DNA of 64,000 bases from Chrysomallon squamiferum (taxonomy: Eukaryota > Animalia > Mollusca), in the NCBI GenBank assembly GCA_012295275.1, contig CM022665.1, positions 46,190,001 to 46,254,000 of the forward strand, read 5' to 3'. The translations under genes were made by a program, and so were the position numbers. The notes beneath the pieces are model-generated. The model was not told the origin of the DNA. It saw nothing but the letters and a program-made list of their open reading frames with translations, and made no database searches. Positions within the stretch are counted from its first letter, which is position 1; the number at the start of each line of letters is the position of its first letter. Below, piece after piece: positions 30,749-42,028 of this stretch.

Positions 30749-30822
30749 TCTTGCATTCTGATTGGTGGTTTTTTTCTTCTTTTTTTTTCTTCGGATAACT
30801 AACCAATGGCAAAATCTGTTAT
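30749..30822 (+). repeat. Short dispersed repeat with an inverted copy at about 52929-52985
   Basis: tgcattctgattgg...ccaatggcaaa.ctgtt here; aacagctttgccattgg...ccaatcagaatgca at 52930-52977. Confidence 0.55.
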
Positions 30823-30968
30823 ATCCAGATACATCACTGCTTTGTGGATGATACTGCACTCCATACTTCTGAGAAAACACAACTATTTTTTTTACATCGC
30901 TGTCTGATAATGGTATTCCAGGCAGATGCAGTAGTAGCTGTTTTTTTTAAAAACAGGTTTTTTTTTTG

Positions 30969-31189
30969 TTATGTGGGACTTGGTGGGAGGCCTGTTGCTA
31001 AGTCAATGAGCTCTTTCGATCCCTCGATGATGTGGTTTTCTAGATAGTTGCGACTGTTTTTCTCCGTCTGATCGAGAAAGTATCGGTAGTTCACCATCAT
31101 CGCACACGACTGGGTCAGACCTCGCAGCGTTGTGTCGGCCATCCAGTTCAGTCGCCAGATAACTGCACCGTTACGTAAGTGAAAAGTTG
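30969..31189 (-). CDS. MLYCD: Malonyl-CoA decarboxylase, last coding exon
   Basis: ttccag|CA ACT. Encodes (A)TFHLRNGAVIWRLNWMADTTLRGLTQSCAMMVNYRYFL...LPPSPT, then TAA; the FHLxNGA and MVNYRY motifs are typical of MCD. Confidence 0.93.
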
Positions 31190-31532
31190 CTGGAAAGAAA
31201 AAAAAAAATAAAATAAAATAAAAAATAAAAAAAAAGATTTCTTTAAAACTACTTGATAATATTTAAATTTTTATTTATTTATTTTTAATTACTGTGCAAA
31301 AATGTTTTTTTAATAATAATTTATTAATTTTTTAAATTTATTTTATTATATTTTTTTTTAATTTGAAATATGCATTACTAACAATATAGTTTCTATAATT
31401 TCTGTTGTGTCTTTATACAGAAATATATTTTTATATCAAATATTATTGGGATAAATGATCTAATATTTACATTATTAGATATAAAGTTTTGAATAAGAAT
31501 AACTGAAAAGAATCTGCTTACACCATTGTATG

Positions 31533-31712
31533 GATTAGTAGCAAGAGATTTTGTTTATATACACCTTCCTATAAACAGTAAAACACATGTTATGATTATT
31601 AAAAACCAGTCACAGAGCACTGGCCATAACAGGAAAAATTGTAACAGAAGCTATGAAAAGAATTGATCCTGTGACCAAAAAAAGGTCTTCTACTGAACTG
31701 CAGCCAGCTCCT
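31533..31712 (-). mobile_element. Decayed SINE of the same family, reverse orientation
   Basis: Plus strand gattagtagcaagagattttgtttatatacacc...accagtcacagagcactggcc...ttgatcct...actgaactgca resembles the reverse complement of the same SINE; its core is shared with the fragment at 46100-46190. Confidence 0.55.
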
Positions 31713-31759
31713 CTTATGTTAGCATATATCATCTTTAATTATTTGAAATAGAATAACAC

Positions 31760-32370
31760 AAGACAGGTTGAAAATAGAAAAAAAAAAAACCTCACCAATA
31801 ATAATAGATCAAAAACATAGGAACCAGAAAGACATTACCAACAGGATTACTATAACAACAAAATAGGATGGAACTAGAAAAAACTCTCCAGCAGGATTAA
31901 CAGAATAAAAACATTGGATGGAACTAGAAAAAGAACTTCTAAAAGAATTAACAGAATAAAAATAAAAGCACAGGTTGGAATGAGAAACAAATGCACCATC
32001 AGAATTAATATAACAACAACACAGGTTGAATGAAACTAGAGAGAAAAAAACTCACCAGCAATATTAAAAGAACAAAAACACAGGTTGAATGAAACTCGAG
32101 AAAAAAACTTACCTGCAATATTAAAAGAACAACAACACAATTTGAATGAAACTTGAGAAAAATACATACCAGCACTATTAAAAGAACAAAAACAAAAGTT
32201 GAAGGAAACTATAAAAAAACAAAAACAACTAGCAATATTAAAAGAACAAAAACACAGGTTGGAACTAGAAAAAAAAACAAAAAAAGAACAACTTACCAGC
32301 AAAATTAAAAGAACAAAAACACAGGTTGGAACTAGAAAAAAAAAAAGAATAAAACTTACCAACAGGATTA
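31760..32370. repeat. About 60 bp tandem array (roughly 10 units) that includes the MLYCD exon-9 donor
   Basis: Repeated cacaggttg(g)aactagaaaaa...cttacca.ca..attaaaagaacaaaaa; the last unit overlaps the exon end. Confidence 0.9.
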
Positions 32371-32593
32371 AGTGCATATCCTCTCCTCTTTTCCATGTAG
32401 AGGTACCTGGCACACAGTCTCATCAGGGGTCGTCTCATTATGAGAGTCAAGTCTGGATTGGTCACCCACTGGTGGCTCTGAATCTGGTACTTAAACATCT
32501 CTAACACGTTCTGATTGGTCGACTGGCAGTGAGGCAACAGCTGACTGCATTCTTCTTCCATCAACAAGCGATCCTCTGTGAGCTCTCCAATGC
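32360..32593 (-). CDS. MLYCD: Malonyl-CoA decarboxylase exon 9
   Basis: ctcaag|GC ATT ... CCT GTT G|gtaagt. Encodes PLMRLCARYLYMEKRRGYALNPV. Confidence 0.92.
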
Positions 32594-32925
32594 CTTGAGA
32601 AACAAAACAAAACAAAACAAAACTGCTGTGATTTGTAATGTTATTTATAGATATAATAAAAATAATAATAAAAAATAATTAAAAATAAAAACTGCTTATA
32701 ATTTGTAACGTTATTTATAGATATAAAAATAATAATAAAAAAAAATAATTAAAAATATATAAAAATAATAATAAAAAAATAATTAAAAATAATTTATTAT
32801 AATTTATTATGTTATTTATATTTAATAAAAAAAAAAAATGAAATAAATGAAAAAATAAACTGTTTTCTTGTTAATAAAAAAAAAAAAAATAAATAAAATG
32901 TTGGTTTTTTTAAAATATAAAAACC

Positions 32926-32985
32926 TATGGCCTTTGGTGCACTGTCAAAATGGAAAAAATTCACAAAGCTCTAACCACTGAGCTA
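32926..32985 (-). mobile_element. SINE fragment (tRNA head)
   Basis: ctctaaccactgagcta is the reverse complement of the A-box TAGCTCAGTGGTTAGAG; adjacent ggcctttg..gtgcactg core remnant. Confidence 0.45.
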
Positions 32986-33340
32986 TTGCATTACTCTTGA
33001 ACATTTCAGGCAGAACATTATTTGGTAAAAGAAAAATCATTAAAAATTTTAAGTTATTATTATTATTATTATTTGCAATTTAATTTACTAATTGTTATTA
33101 TTTATCATATTTAATTTTTTTCAACAAACAATAATAAAACAAATGAAATGATACAACATCAGACTAAAATGAAAAAAAAGTAAAGTAAATTAATTCACAA
33201 TCTGCTGAAGTCAAAATATTTGATAACTAATTTTATATATTAAATAAACAATCACACACACACACACACACACACATATACAAACACACATACATAAATT
33301 TATATATAAACACACACACACAAATGATAAATTGACTCAC

Positions 33341-33499
33341 ATGATAAATGTAAATGTTTATTTATTTCCCCAATCAGCCAATCACGGAAGCCAGGAATGG
33401 GAGAGAGGCTGGAAAACTGATGAATGTGTGGAAATTCTAACTGCAGCTCACGCACAACACACTTTATTAGGTAGTTCCCCATATCCACACCAGACAAAC
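33341..33499 (-). CDS. MLYCD: Malonyl-CoA decarboxylase exon 8
   Basis: tttcag|GT TTG ... TCA T|gtgagt. Encodes GLSGVDMGNYLIKCVVRELQLEFPHIHQFSSLSPIPGFRDWL. Confidence 0.93.
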
Positions 33500-33798
33500 C
33501 TGAAATGTTAAATGTCTTAAAATACTAAATGTATTCACCTATTTCACTTCATTTTTAGTCTCTGAGATTTATATTTTACAAATTAATATAAAAATAAATA
33601 AGTAAATAAAGTATACAAAATATTTATACTTTTAATGAGATGGATTGTCTATAATAATAATAATAATAATATTAATTTTATTATTTATTTAATTTAAATA
33701 AAATAAACAATAAAACAACAAAATAATAATAAAAGTAATAAATAAATAAATAAATAAATAAATAAATGAATAAATAAATAAATAAATAAATAAATGAA

Positions 33799-33829
<31 letters not shown>

Positions 33830-33999
33830 ATGAATGAATAAATAAATAAAAATGTAATAAATAAATTATTTCATAAGACTTTGTTTGCAATAAAACTATT
33901 TTTTTATACAAGTTACCAAAACAAAACACAAAAAAAAGATTTTTAAAAAACTAAATCTTATTTTAATTGACAACAAAATGACAGTTAAACTGTTAAAAC

Positions 34000-34153
34000 C
34001 TTTTTGTGTTGATGTTATTGAGTAAAACACTGCTGTTGTTATTTGAGCTGGATCTTCCTTTTCTTCAAGCGAAGGATCCGAAGTATGGATTTCAGGACTG
34101 TGTTCTGATTGGCTGGCTTGGCGAGTGCGCAAACCTTGGGACTGAATTATAGA
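34000..34153 (-). CDS. MLYCD: Malonyl-CoA decarboxylase exon 7
   Basis: ttacag|TCT ATA ... AAA G|gtttta (weak donor). Encodes EEKEDPAQITTAVFYSITSTQK. Confidence 0.88.
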
Positions 34154-34209
34154 CTGTAAACAAAACAATTAAAAACTAAAAACAAAAATAACCAGTAAAC
34201 AACAAAATG

Positions 34210-34249
<40 letters not shown>

Positions 34250-34585
34250 AAAAATTTCTGTTCGTAATATTTTGAAAAACTTCATGTGTAATTAAAATTA
34301 ATAATAACTAAAAAAAAAACCCTACAAACTATTTTAAGAAATAATACAGAAGTATAAATACAAAGTAATTTTAATTAATATTATCTGGTTCAACAAGTAA
34401 ACTAGAAATGGTAAGAATAATAAAAATTATAATAAATACAAAAAACAAATAAAAATTAAAAAATAAATAAATAAATAAAAATTTCAAATAAAACAAATTT
34501 AGGTAATTATTTTAAAAAATGTTGTTTTTATTTTTCTTATTAATGACTTCTACTAATTTAAAACAAATTAAATTTAAGAACTTAC

Positions 34586-34750
34586 ATGGATTGAAGATGA
34601 TATTTCATTGGTTAATGCAGTGTGAAGGACTACAATTGGTTCCTTAGGCATGGAATTATGGGTAAAAACAAAACATCGTCTGTAAGAACCAACTCTCTGT
34701 TTCATGTCCATTAGACTTTTAATGGGATGTACTGCTTCATATGTAGATAT
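34586..34750 (-). CDS. MLYCD: Malonyl-CoA decarboxylase exon 6
   Basis: tttaag|ATA TCT ... ATC CAT|gtaagt. Encodes [47 protein letters not shown]. Confidence 0.93.
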
Positions 34751-35294
34751 CTTAAATAAAACAGATTTATTTAAAATCACTATTTACACAATCAAAATTT
34801 AATTATAAACAAAATTAAACATATGTCTTGTGAATATTTGTTTCTGGTTTCCAATTTCATAAAAATAAAACTAGGTTTTGTTGTAAAAAAAAAAAAAGAA
34901 AAAAAAAAATTAATTATGTAACACTCTTATCTGAATTAAGGAGATTAAGATTATTATGTTGTGTTTTCTAGTTTATTATAAAAGTTAAATTATTTATTTA
35001 TATTTACTTCTTAAAGCATTTTAAAAATAATATTATACTTAAGAAATAAAATTAATCTCCTTTAAATGTATAGTTGTGTTAGCATAAGTGTTTTTACAAT
35101 CCATTTCTAATATTTACATGAAGCAAAAAGTTCAATGCAACATTTTAGGGTTTTATTTTTTATTTAATAACTTAATTAATCATTTGTTATTTATTTTTTA
35201 TTAATTTATTTACATACCTTTTTTTTCTACAGTTTTATTTGTTATTTGTTTTTATTTACTATCAATTGCAGTTACTTTGTTTTCAAATTTGAAA

Positions 35295-35640
35295 TTTAAT
35301 ATCCTGAGATTTTGATTACTAATTAATTTTTTTTTTTTAAATGTATTTTAAGATATTTGATTACTAATTTATTTATTTATTTTTTAAATGTTTAAATTCA
35401 ATATATTGAGATATTTGATTACTGATTTATTTATCTATTTTTTAAATTTAAAATTCTTTATTGACATATTTGATTACTAATTTACTTATTTATTTTTAAA
35501 ATTTTAAATTAAATATTTTGAAATATTTTATTACTAATTAATTTATTTTTAAATTTTTAATTCAATATTTTGAGATATTTGATTCATTTATTTTTTAAAT
35601 TTTATTTTCAGTACTGACATATTTGATTACTAGTTTATTC
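35295..35640. repeat. About 55 bp AT-rich tandem array near the MLYCD exon-5 donor
   Basis: Repeated gatatttgattactaatttattt. Confidence 0.75.
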
Positions 35641-35723
35641 ATTTTTTTTTTTTTTTTTTTTTTTTTTTTATTTTATTTTTTTTTTTTTGACTTTCTTAAA
35701 TTTCATCACTTTGTCTATTTTAC

Positions 35724-35876
35724 CTTCTGCACCATGTCACATGATGATTCCCATGTAACTCTCTCCAGCTCTAATAACCCGACTGAAAACCAGACGATCA
35801 TTAGTTCTTTTAGAGAATTGTTCAGAGCCTGGAAATATGATATGTCAGTCTCTGATGTCATAGTCGACAAATCTGT
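35724..35876 (-). CDS. MLYCD: Malonyl-CoA decarboxylase exon 5
   Basis: tttcag|ACA GAT ... CAG AAG|gtaaaa. Encodes LKELMIVWFSVGLLELERVTWESSCDMVQK. Confidence 0.92.
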
Positions 35877-36247
35877 CTGAAAATAAATCAACACTCATTC
35901 TCTCAAATATCTATCTTAGATGTTATAGTTTATAAATATTATCTCCCCTGAATTTAAAAAATAACACACTGCAGTGTATTTCTATTTGAAAAATCTTAAA
36001 ACTAAAATTAGCAAAAATTTAAAAACAAAATTAAATTGAGGTATGTGAATAATTTTTAATAATATATATATGTATTTATTAAAATTATAAACATAAAAAC
36101 AAACTATATTTTTATTTGTAACTAAATTAACTACATTGTTATCTCCCCTTTCATTTTAAAACTAACATAATGCAGCAAATTTCAACTTTAAATTTAAAAT
36201 AATTAAAATTAACAATGAATATCATGTATAAGAATTTGTTTAATTAC

Positions 36248-36388
36248 CAGTATTTCTGCTCTCATGTCAACAAGAAACTTAACTCCGCCCTCCAACCTGC
36301 CTATGTGAGCAAACAGCTGCTGGTACCGAGGCAGAAGTGAGCTTCTGAGTCTTTCTTCAGCTTTGAGCAAGAATGAGTCACCTCTTTC
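36248..36388 (-). CDS. MLYCD: Malonyl-CoA decarboxylase exon 4
   Basis: gaacag|GAA AGA ... ATA CTG|gtaatt. Encodes LLKAEERLRSSLLPRYQQLFAHIGRLEGGVKFLVDMRAEIL. Confidence 0.92.
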
Positions 36389-36394
36389 CTGTTC

Positions 36395-36680
36395 AGATTA
36401 TAAATAAAATGAAAACATGCTGAAAATGGCTTCCTTTCTCATTTTTGAAATCTGTAAATTATATTTTGTAATTTAAAGCAATTATGAAAGCTCATAAATA
36501 ATTATTTATCAATGAAAACATATTAAAAAGGATTTCCTTTCACATTTTCAAAAATGTAAATTATTTTTTGTAAAGTAAAGCAATTATGAAAACCTGTAAA
36601 ATAAATAATGCTTTATCAATGAAAACATCAAAAACGGTTTCCTTTCACATTTTCAAAAATGGATATTATATTTCATAATA
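36395..36680. repeat. About 105 bp tandem repeat (3 units) abutting the MLYCD exon-4 acceptor
   Basis: Repeated aatgaaaacat...ttccttt(c)acatttt.aaaa.tgtaaattat.ttttgtaa..taaagcaattatgaaa. Confidence 0.8.
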
Positions 36681-37135
36681 CAAATCAATTACTGAAGTGT
36701 ACATGCAATGGTAATAACATTAATACATATTTATGAGTTTAGTTTTGTTCATTATTAAAGTATTTTCAGATAATTCTAAAATTTTAAAACTCATTCCAAA
36801 ACAGTGTTGTATTTCCAGAAATGCAGTTCCAGATTATCAAATGGCAACAGTTTATGCTTTTCTGACTATTGGAAGAAAAAAAAAAAAATAAAAAAATAAT
36901 TTCCTTTCTGTTAAAAAAATAAATGAGCCTGAAAAGTAACTTTTTACTTTTTCGTACAATAATTTTACACAACCAAATTTCACAACAGCAGATATTTAAT
37001 ATTTTTAATTAAAACAAATTTTAATTAATTAATTAATTATTCTTTCTTCATTTTATTAATTTAATTTTTTTTTATGTTCCTATATTGCTGGTGTTTTTGT
37101 TTCTTTTCTTTTTTGTTTTGTTTTGTTTTGATTAC

Positions 37136-37276
37136 CTGGGTCTTGACAAGACTATGAGCATTCTGCAAAACACTGTCGTGGTTGACGCCATAATGCTGGG
37201 ACATCGTCTGCAGCAACACAATCTTTTCTTTAGAGTCTAAACTCTTGAAGTAATCGCAAAATGATCTGCATTTAGC
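37136..37276 (-). CDS. MLYCD: Malonyl-CoA decarboxylase exon 3
   Basis: ctgtag|GCT AAA ... ACC CAG|gtaatc. Encodes AKCRSFCDYFKSLDSKEKIVLLQTMSQHYGVNHDSVLQ. Confidence 0.88.
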
Positions 37277-38023
37277 CTACAGTAAAAACACATTTATTAA
37301 ATAAAAATTTTGTTAAATTATTACGATTTGAAAAATATAATTTTCATTTAAAGAAGATAAAAAATTAAATATTAAAACCTACAATTTTAATATTAAAATA
37401 TTTTTAAATTTTAAAACTGGCAACTTTAACATTAAATATATATTTTTTTTCTTTAAATTTACAATTTTAATATTAAAATATTTTTAAATTTTAAAACTGA
37501 TAAATTTGTAAAATATCTTGTATGTAAAAAATATTGGTATTAAATTTAATAAGAATGTATAGTTTCCTAGATCTAAAAATAGTATTACATTATAATGTAT
37601 CTTTATAATCTTTATTAAAATTAATAAATCATATTTAGTTATTTTTAATAAAATGTATTTTTAATTAAGTTTATTTAATTTGACATGTGGCATTTTAAAA
37701 TAAAATAAAAATAAATAAATTAAATTAATGATTTCAAAATATTACAAAGTATAATTCCATAAACAAATTTAAATAAATATTGTTAAAATTTAAATTCTTT
37801 TTGAATATTTAAGATTTTAAAAAATACCACTACAGATTTAATGAAATAATGCAAAATACAAAAAAGAGAAAGTATTTATAAGTAATTAAATTTCAATTTT
37901 AAAAAGAATATCACTTTATTTTTAAAAAGGTTTAATTTTAGAAATTAAAATTTATTTAAAACAAAGCTGCAATATATAATAAAATAAATAGTTATTTTGA
38001 TTATTTTAAACAGTTCTGCTGAC

Positions 38024-38173
38024 CTCTGATAAGTGAAGGGAAAGGTCAGGAGAGTTGAAGGTCATAGCGAGAAAGCCATGAATGTTGTCAGTAGACATGT
38101 TCATTTTGTTTAATGTAATCTGCATGTCAGGTTTCAGAATATTCGAGTATCGACAATGACGAAACAACAAACC
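38024..38173 (-). CDS. MLYCD: Malonyl-CoA decarboxylase exon 2
   Basis: ttgtag|GGT TTG ... TCA GAG|gtcagc. 150 nt open in phase 0: GLLFRHCRYSNILKPDMQITLNKMNMSTDNIHGFLAMTFNSPDLSLHLSE. Confidence 0.75.
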
Positions 38174-38271
38174 CTACAAAATTAAATATAAATGAATTAT
38201 GTATCGAACAATTGCAGAATATAATAAATATATATATATCACCAACAACAAAATACAGTATATAAAATGCA

Positions 38272-39072
38272 AGGGGTCATTCCATGTCAAATCACCCAAT
38301 GGTTTAAACCTGACCATCTCAGATTTTTATGAAAATACTTGGTATACTTGATGACTGGGATCCCACAGCACCAAATCTGAAATTTTAGCTCAATCAGACC
38401 AGTGGTGTGGGAGATATGGCCCACCGAAGTTTTGACATTTTTGCCAAAAATGGGTGTGACCACCAACCTTAGAACCCTCATATCTCAGGAACTACTGGGC
38501 CAATCTTCATAAAATTGGTATTGTTAGAAAGGAAAAATGACAAGGATACCAAATCTGCCATTTTTGTTTAGTTTGGAAAATACTGGAGTACCTTGACGTT
38601 TTGACCTTTGCTATGACCTTAAAATTGATCACGTGATCTTGAGATGACCTTTATTGAAATTTAATCTCCCACATGTTAACTAAAACATATAAAAGTTTCC
38701 TGGGTGTAATATTTTTTGTTTAGCCACAATATAGATTTAAAAAATGCACATACATGAAAATAACACCTTTTCAGCCATTAACGTCTGATTAACTAAAACC
38801 TGAATGATCAATTCTGGATGCTAGGAATCACCATCTCTCTTGATCATGTGGGAGATTAAATTTCAATAAAGGTCATCTCAAGATCACGTGATCCACACGG
38901 TCAATTTCAAGGTCATAGCAAAGGTCAAAAGGTCAAGGTACTCCAATATTTTCCAAACTAAACAAAAATGGCAGATTTGGAATCCTTGTCATTTTTCCTT
39001 TCTAACAATACCAATTTCATAAAAATCTGAGACGGTCGGGTTTAAATTTCTTTTTTTTTTGGGGTGATTTGA
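38272..39072. mobile_element. Non-autonomous foldback/MITE-like DNA element in MLYCD intron 1
   Basis: Near-perfect inverted arms at 38512-38675 and 38845-39017. Outer inverted segments tcaaatcaccc...tttaaacctgaccatctcagatttttatgaaa (38287-38333) pair with about 39015-39072. No transposase ORF; TSD not resolved. Confidence 0.8.
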
Positions 39073-39413
39073 AACATTCAACTACTCTTCTTAATTATTA
39101 CCTTGAAATAGTTTATTAATACAACTAAAAATAAAAACCTAATTAAATAAAATATAATAATAAATATAATAATAAAAAAAAAAAAAATAAAAAATAAAAT
39201 AAATGATCTAAAATAAAAAATATAATAAAATAAAAATAAAATAAAATAATGTAATTATATAAAATAAAATAAATGATTTTATATTTATTTTTTATATTTT
39301 TATTTTTAAAGAAACATCGAAAGTCAAGGTTTTATTATGAATCCTTGCAGGACAGTCAATGTGGTTAATATTAGTAACAATGGGAACCTGTTTTCTGTTT
39401 TAAGTTCTGTCTA

Positions 39414-39449
<36 letters not shown>

Positions 39450-40308
39450 GTACACAGATTCACATATAACACACATACAAAACGTTTTTATCCTTATTTT
39501 TACAAAAAGAAAAATATATTTGTGAAAAAAAAAAAAAATCAATTTGTATTATCTGTTATTAAAATATAAATTAATGTTCATCCATTTTAATAAAAAAAAA
39601 AAATCTTTAATGCAATTGTAATGGTGTTTTTAAGTGTTTATTTAAAATATTTTTGTGGGAATATGTAAGACTTGAAACTATATATTTTTAATACTAGTTT
39701 TAATATTGTTAAAATCTGATTGATGTGCAACAAGCAAACAAAAACGTAGGAAAATTATTTTAAATATCAAGGGATATTTAAATCGGAAAGATTCTGAATG
39801 TAATATTGTTATTTTTTGTGTTTGATGTCACTAAACAATGGAACAGATTATTTTCAAAAAATATTAATTAAGTAATTAATTATATTATATCAAATAATAT
39901 TAACAACACAGAGAAACACACGCCTATACACAGTGACATACGCACACACCTACGATTAACGTCAAATAACATTTATAAAAATAAATATAACCTTAATGAC
40001 AAGAAAAATTAGGGAAAATATTGGATTATAAATAAATTTAACTTACTGTTGCATTTCCTGTAATTTCAAAATACTAATTTTCCGCATTAAAATTTATTTT
40101 TTTAAAAAGCACGCTATTTCATGAATTAGCTAATGCAAGCATTTCCCGGAATATTATCAATCCGCATTTCGAGGAAATTCCGGGCGACAAATCATTTTCC
40201 TAGAAATGTGAAATATATGTACAGTGACCTACTTCTGTACATGAAATCTATAACGAAGTATTTTTGTTTTATGAACTGATATTATCGCATTAATGATTAA
40301 AAACTTAC

Positions 40309-40356
40309 TGTTTTAGAGGCGAAAATTATTCGTTTTAATGACAAGACACAAAACAT
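40309..40356 (-). CDS. MLYCD: Malonyl-CoA decarboxylase putative first coding exon (mitochondrial presequence start)
   Basis: ATG at 40354-40356 gives MFCVLSLKRIIFASKT, then donor ACA|gtaagt. Phase 0 joins exon 2 into a basic, acid-free N-terminus. Total CDS 1566 nt = 521 aa + stop. Confidence 0.65.
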
Positions 40357-40559
40357 TTTCTTCGAATTATCTACATTAGTAGACTAAAATCTTCAAGAGG
40401 TTTCCTAGACTGATACTATTATTCAGACGCAACAAAAACGAAATCAAACTAGGGAATTCCCTTTTGATTAAAAGTCGAATCTGTAAGATAAATCGTAGGC
40501 CCACATTTCGTTACATAATGTTTTGAATTTTTCGTTTGTTTGCCTTGACGAATTTCGTA
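40357..40559. promoter_or_regulatory. Bidirectional promoter between MLYCD and PDSS2
   Basis: 203 bp between divergent ATGs; locally CpG-rich; 12-bp palindrome AGGGAATTCCCT at 40451-40462. Confidence 0.65.
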
Positions 40560-40816
40560 ATGTATCGTAAATTAAGATCGTCTGTTATATTACGTAAACA
40601 CATCCATGGAGCAATAGAGAGACATATCTCTGGTTTGACCTCGTGGTTGTCTAAACCTACGGACTGGAATAAGGCGATATCGGAGGCAGAGAAAATTGTA
40701 GGATATCCAACATCTTTTATGAGTCTGAGATGTCTTCTTAGTGATGAACTTTCAAATATCGCAATGGACGTGCGTAAATTAGTGGGGACGCGACACCCGC
40801 TGCTTAAGACGGCAAG
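40560..40816 (+). CDS. PDSS2: Decaprenyl-diphosphate synthase subunit 2, exon 1
   Basis: ATG at 40560. Encodes [51 protein letters not shown] (PDSS2 signature). Donor AG|gtacta. Confidence 0.95.
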
Positions 40817-40895
40817 GTACTAATTCATGCAGTTGTCGCCACATGGTGAAACGTGACAGTGATATGAAAATAAAAAATAATAAAAATAAAAAAAG

Positions 40896-40957
<62 letters not shown>

Positions 40958-41309
40958 CCAGCATAGTATATTTTTTTTTTTTATTATTATTTTACATTAA
41001 TTGTATTATTACACTGAAAATCTTTAAAACATAGATAAAATACATAAAAAAAAAAAAAAAAAAAAACCCACACCATATCCTAAAAGCTTAATGTAATAAT
41101 AACTTTATATGATGAGTGGAATCGGATTTCATAATTATTTCATAATTAGTTTGTATGTGTTTGTGTGTGTCTGTGTGACTGTGACTGTGCCAATGTATAA
41201 AGCTTAGATAATTTTGCTGTGTCAAAGCAAGAATATATATATCTATATCTATAGTGGATATATCCAGTATTACAATATTAAGCTGTTTTCACATACTGCT
41301 TTATGACAG

Positions 41310-41447
41310 AGGTTTGGTGTATGATGAAAAGTACAGTTTGCAGACCAGAGGTCTCATAATCCTGTTGATGTCAAAAGCAGCAGGTCCTGGTTTGTCATTG
41401 AAATCTTCTGCAGGAGAACAAGAACCAACTGGAGGGATATATCCCAG
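41310..41447 (+). CDS. PDSS2: PDSS2 exon 2
   Basis: gacag|A GGT ... CCC AG|gtgggt. Encodes LQTRGLIILLMSKAAGP. Confidence 0.93.
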
Positions 41448-41462
41448 GTGGGTTCAAAATAA

Positions 41463-41505
<43 letters not shown>

Positions 41506-41513
41506 GACACACA

Positions 41514-41553
<40 letters not shown>

Positions 41554-41826
41554 AAGTTGAATAGTTAAGTAGAACATTTTAATTTAAAGGAAACAAAATC
41601 CTGATGTTTTGATATTAAAAATTTAAATAATACGAACCCTTAAAGGTTTCTTTATTTTTATACCATTATCTGTTAATCTCAGTTTTGCAATATTAAAATA
41701 CAAATGTGAACAATTATAGATAGATGTACAGACACTGGATAGCTAGATATTACTATGTAAGCTATTTGTATGTAGATTATATATTTATATATCAGTTGAT
41801 TTCTAAACTTATAATTTTGCTACCAG

Positions 41827-42028
41827 TCAAAGGTCACTAGCAGAGATCACAGAAATGATTCACACAGCCAACCTCATTCACAAAGGGGTCGTTAACCTTG
41901 CCGACCTTGACCCTGCTGTCGATGGACCAATCCAAGACATGGAATTTGGAAACAAAATGGCTGTGCTCAGTGGAGACTTCCTTTTGGCAAATGCTTGCAC
42001 AGGGCTGGCAGAACTGAATAACACTCAG
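41827..42028 (+). CDS. PDSS2: PDSS2 exon 3
   Basis: accag|T CAA ... ACT CAG|gtgaag. Encodes [24 protein letters not shown]...[18 protein letters not shown]. DDxxD is replaced by HKGVV, as in the non-catalytic subunit 2. Confidence 0.95.

Noticed and set aside
32969-32985. tRNA gene suggested by an A-box (also at 25403 and 52110)
   Set aside because: No complete cloverleaf can be formed; better explained as SINE heads.
41855-41900. Loss of DDxxD motifs suggesting a pseudogenised prenyltransferase
   Set aside because: This is normal for PDSS2, the non-catalytic subunit; the frame is intact across six exons.
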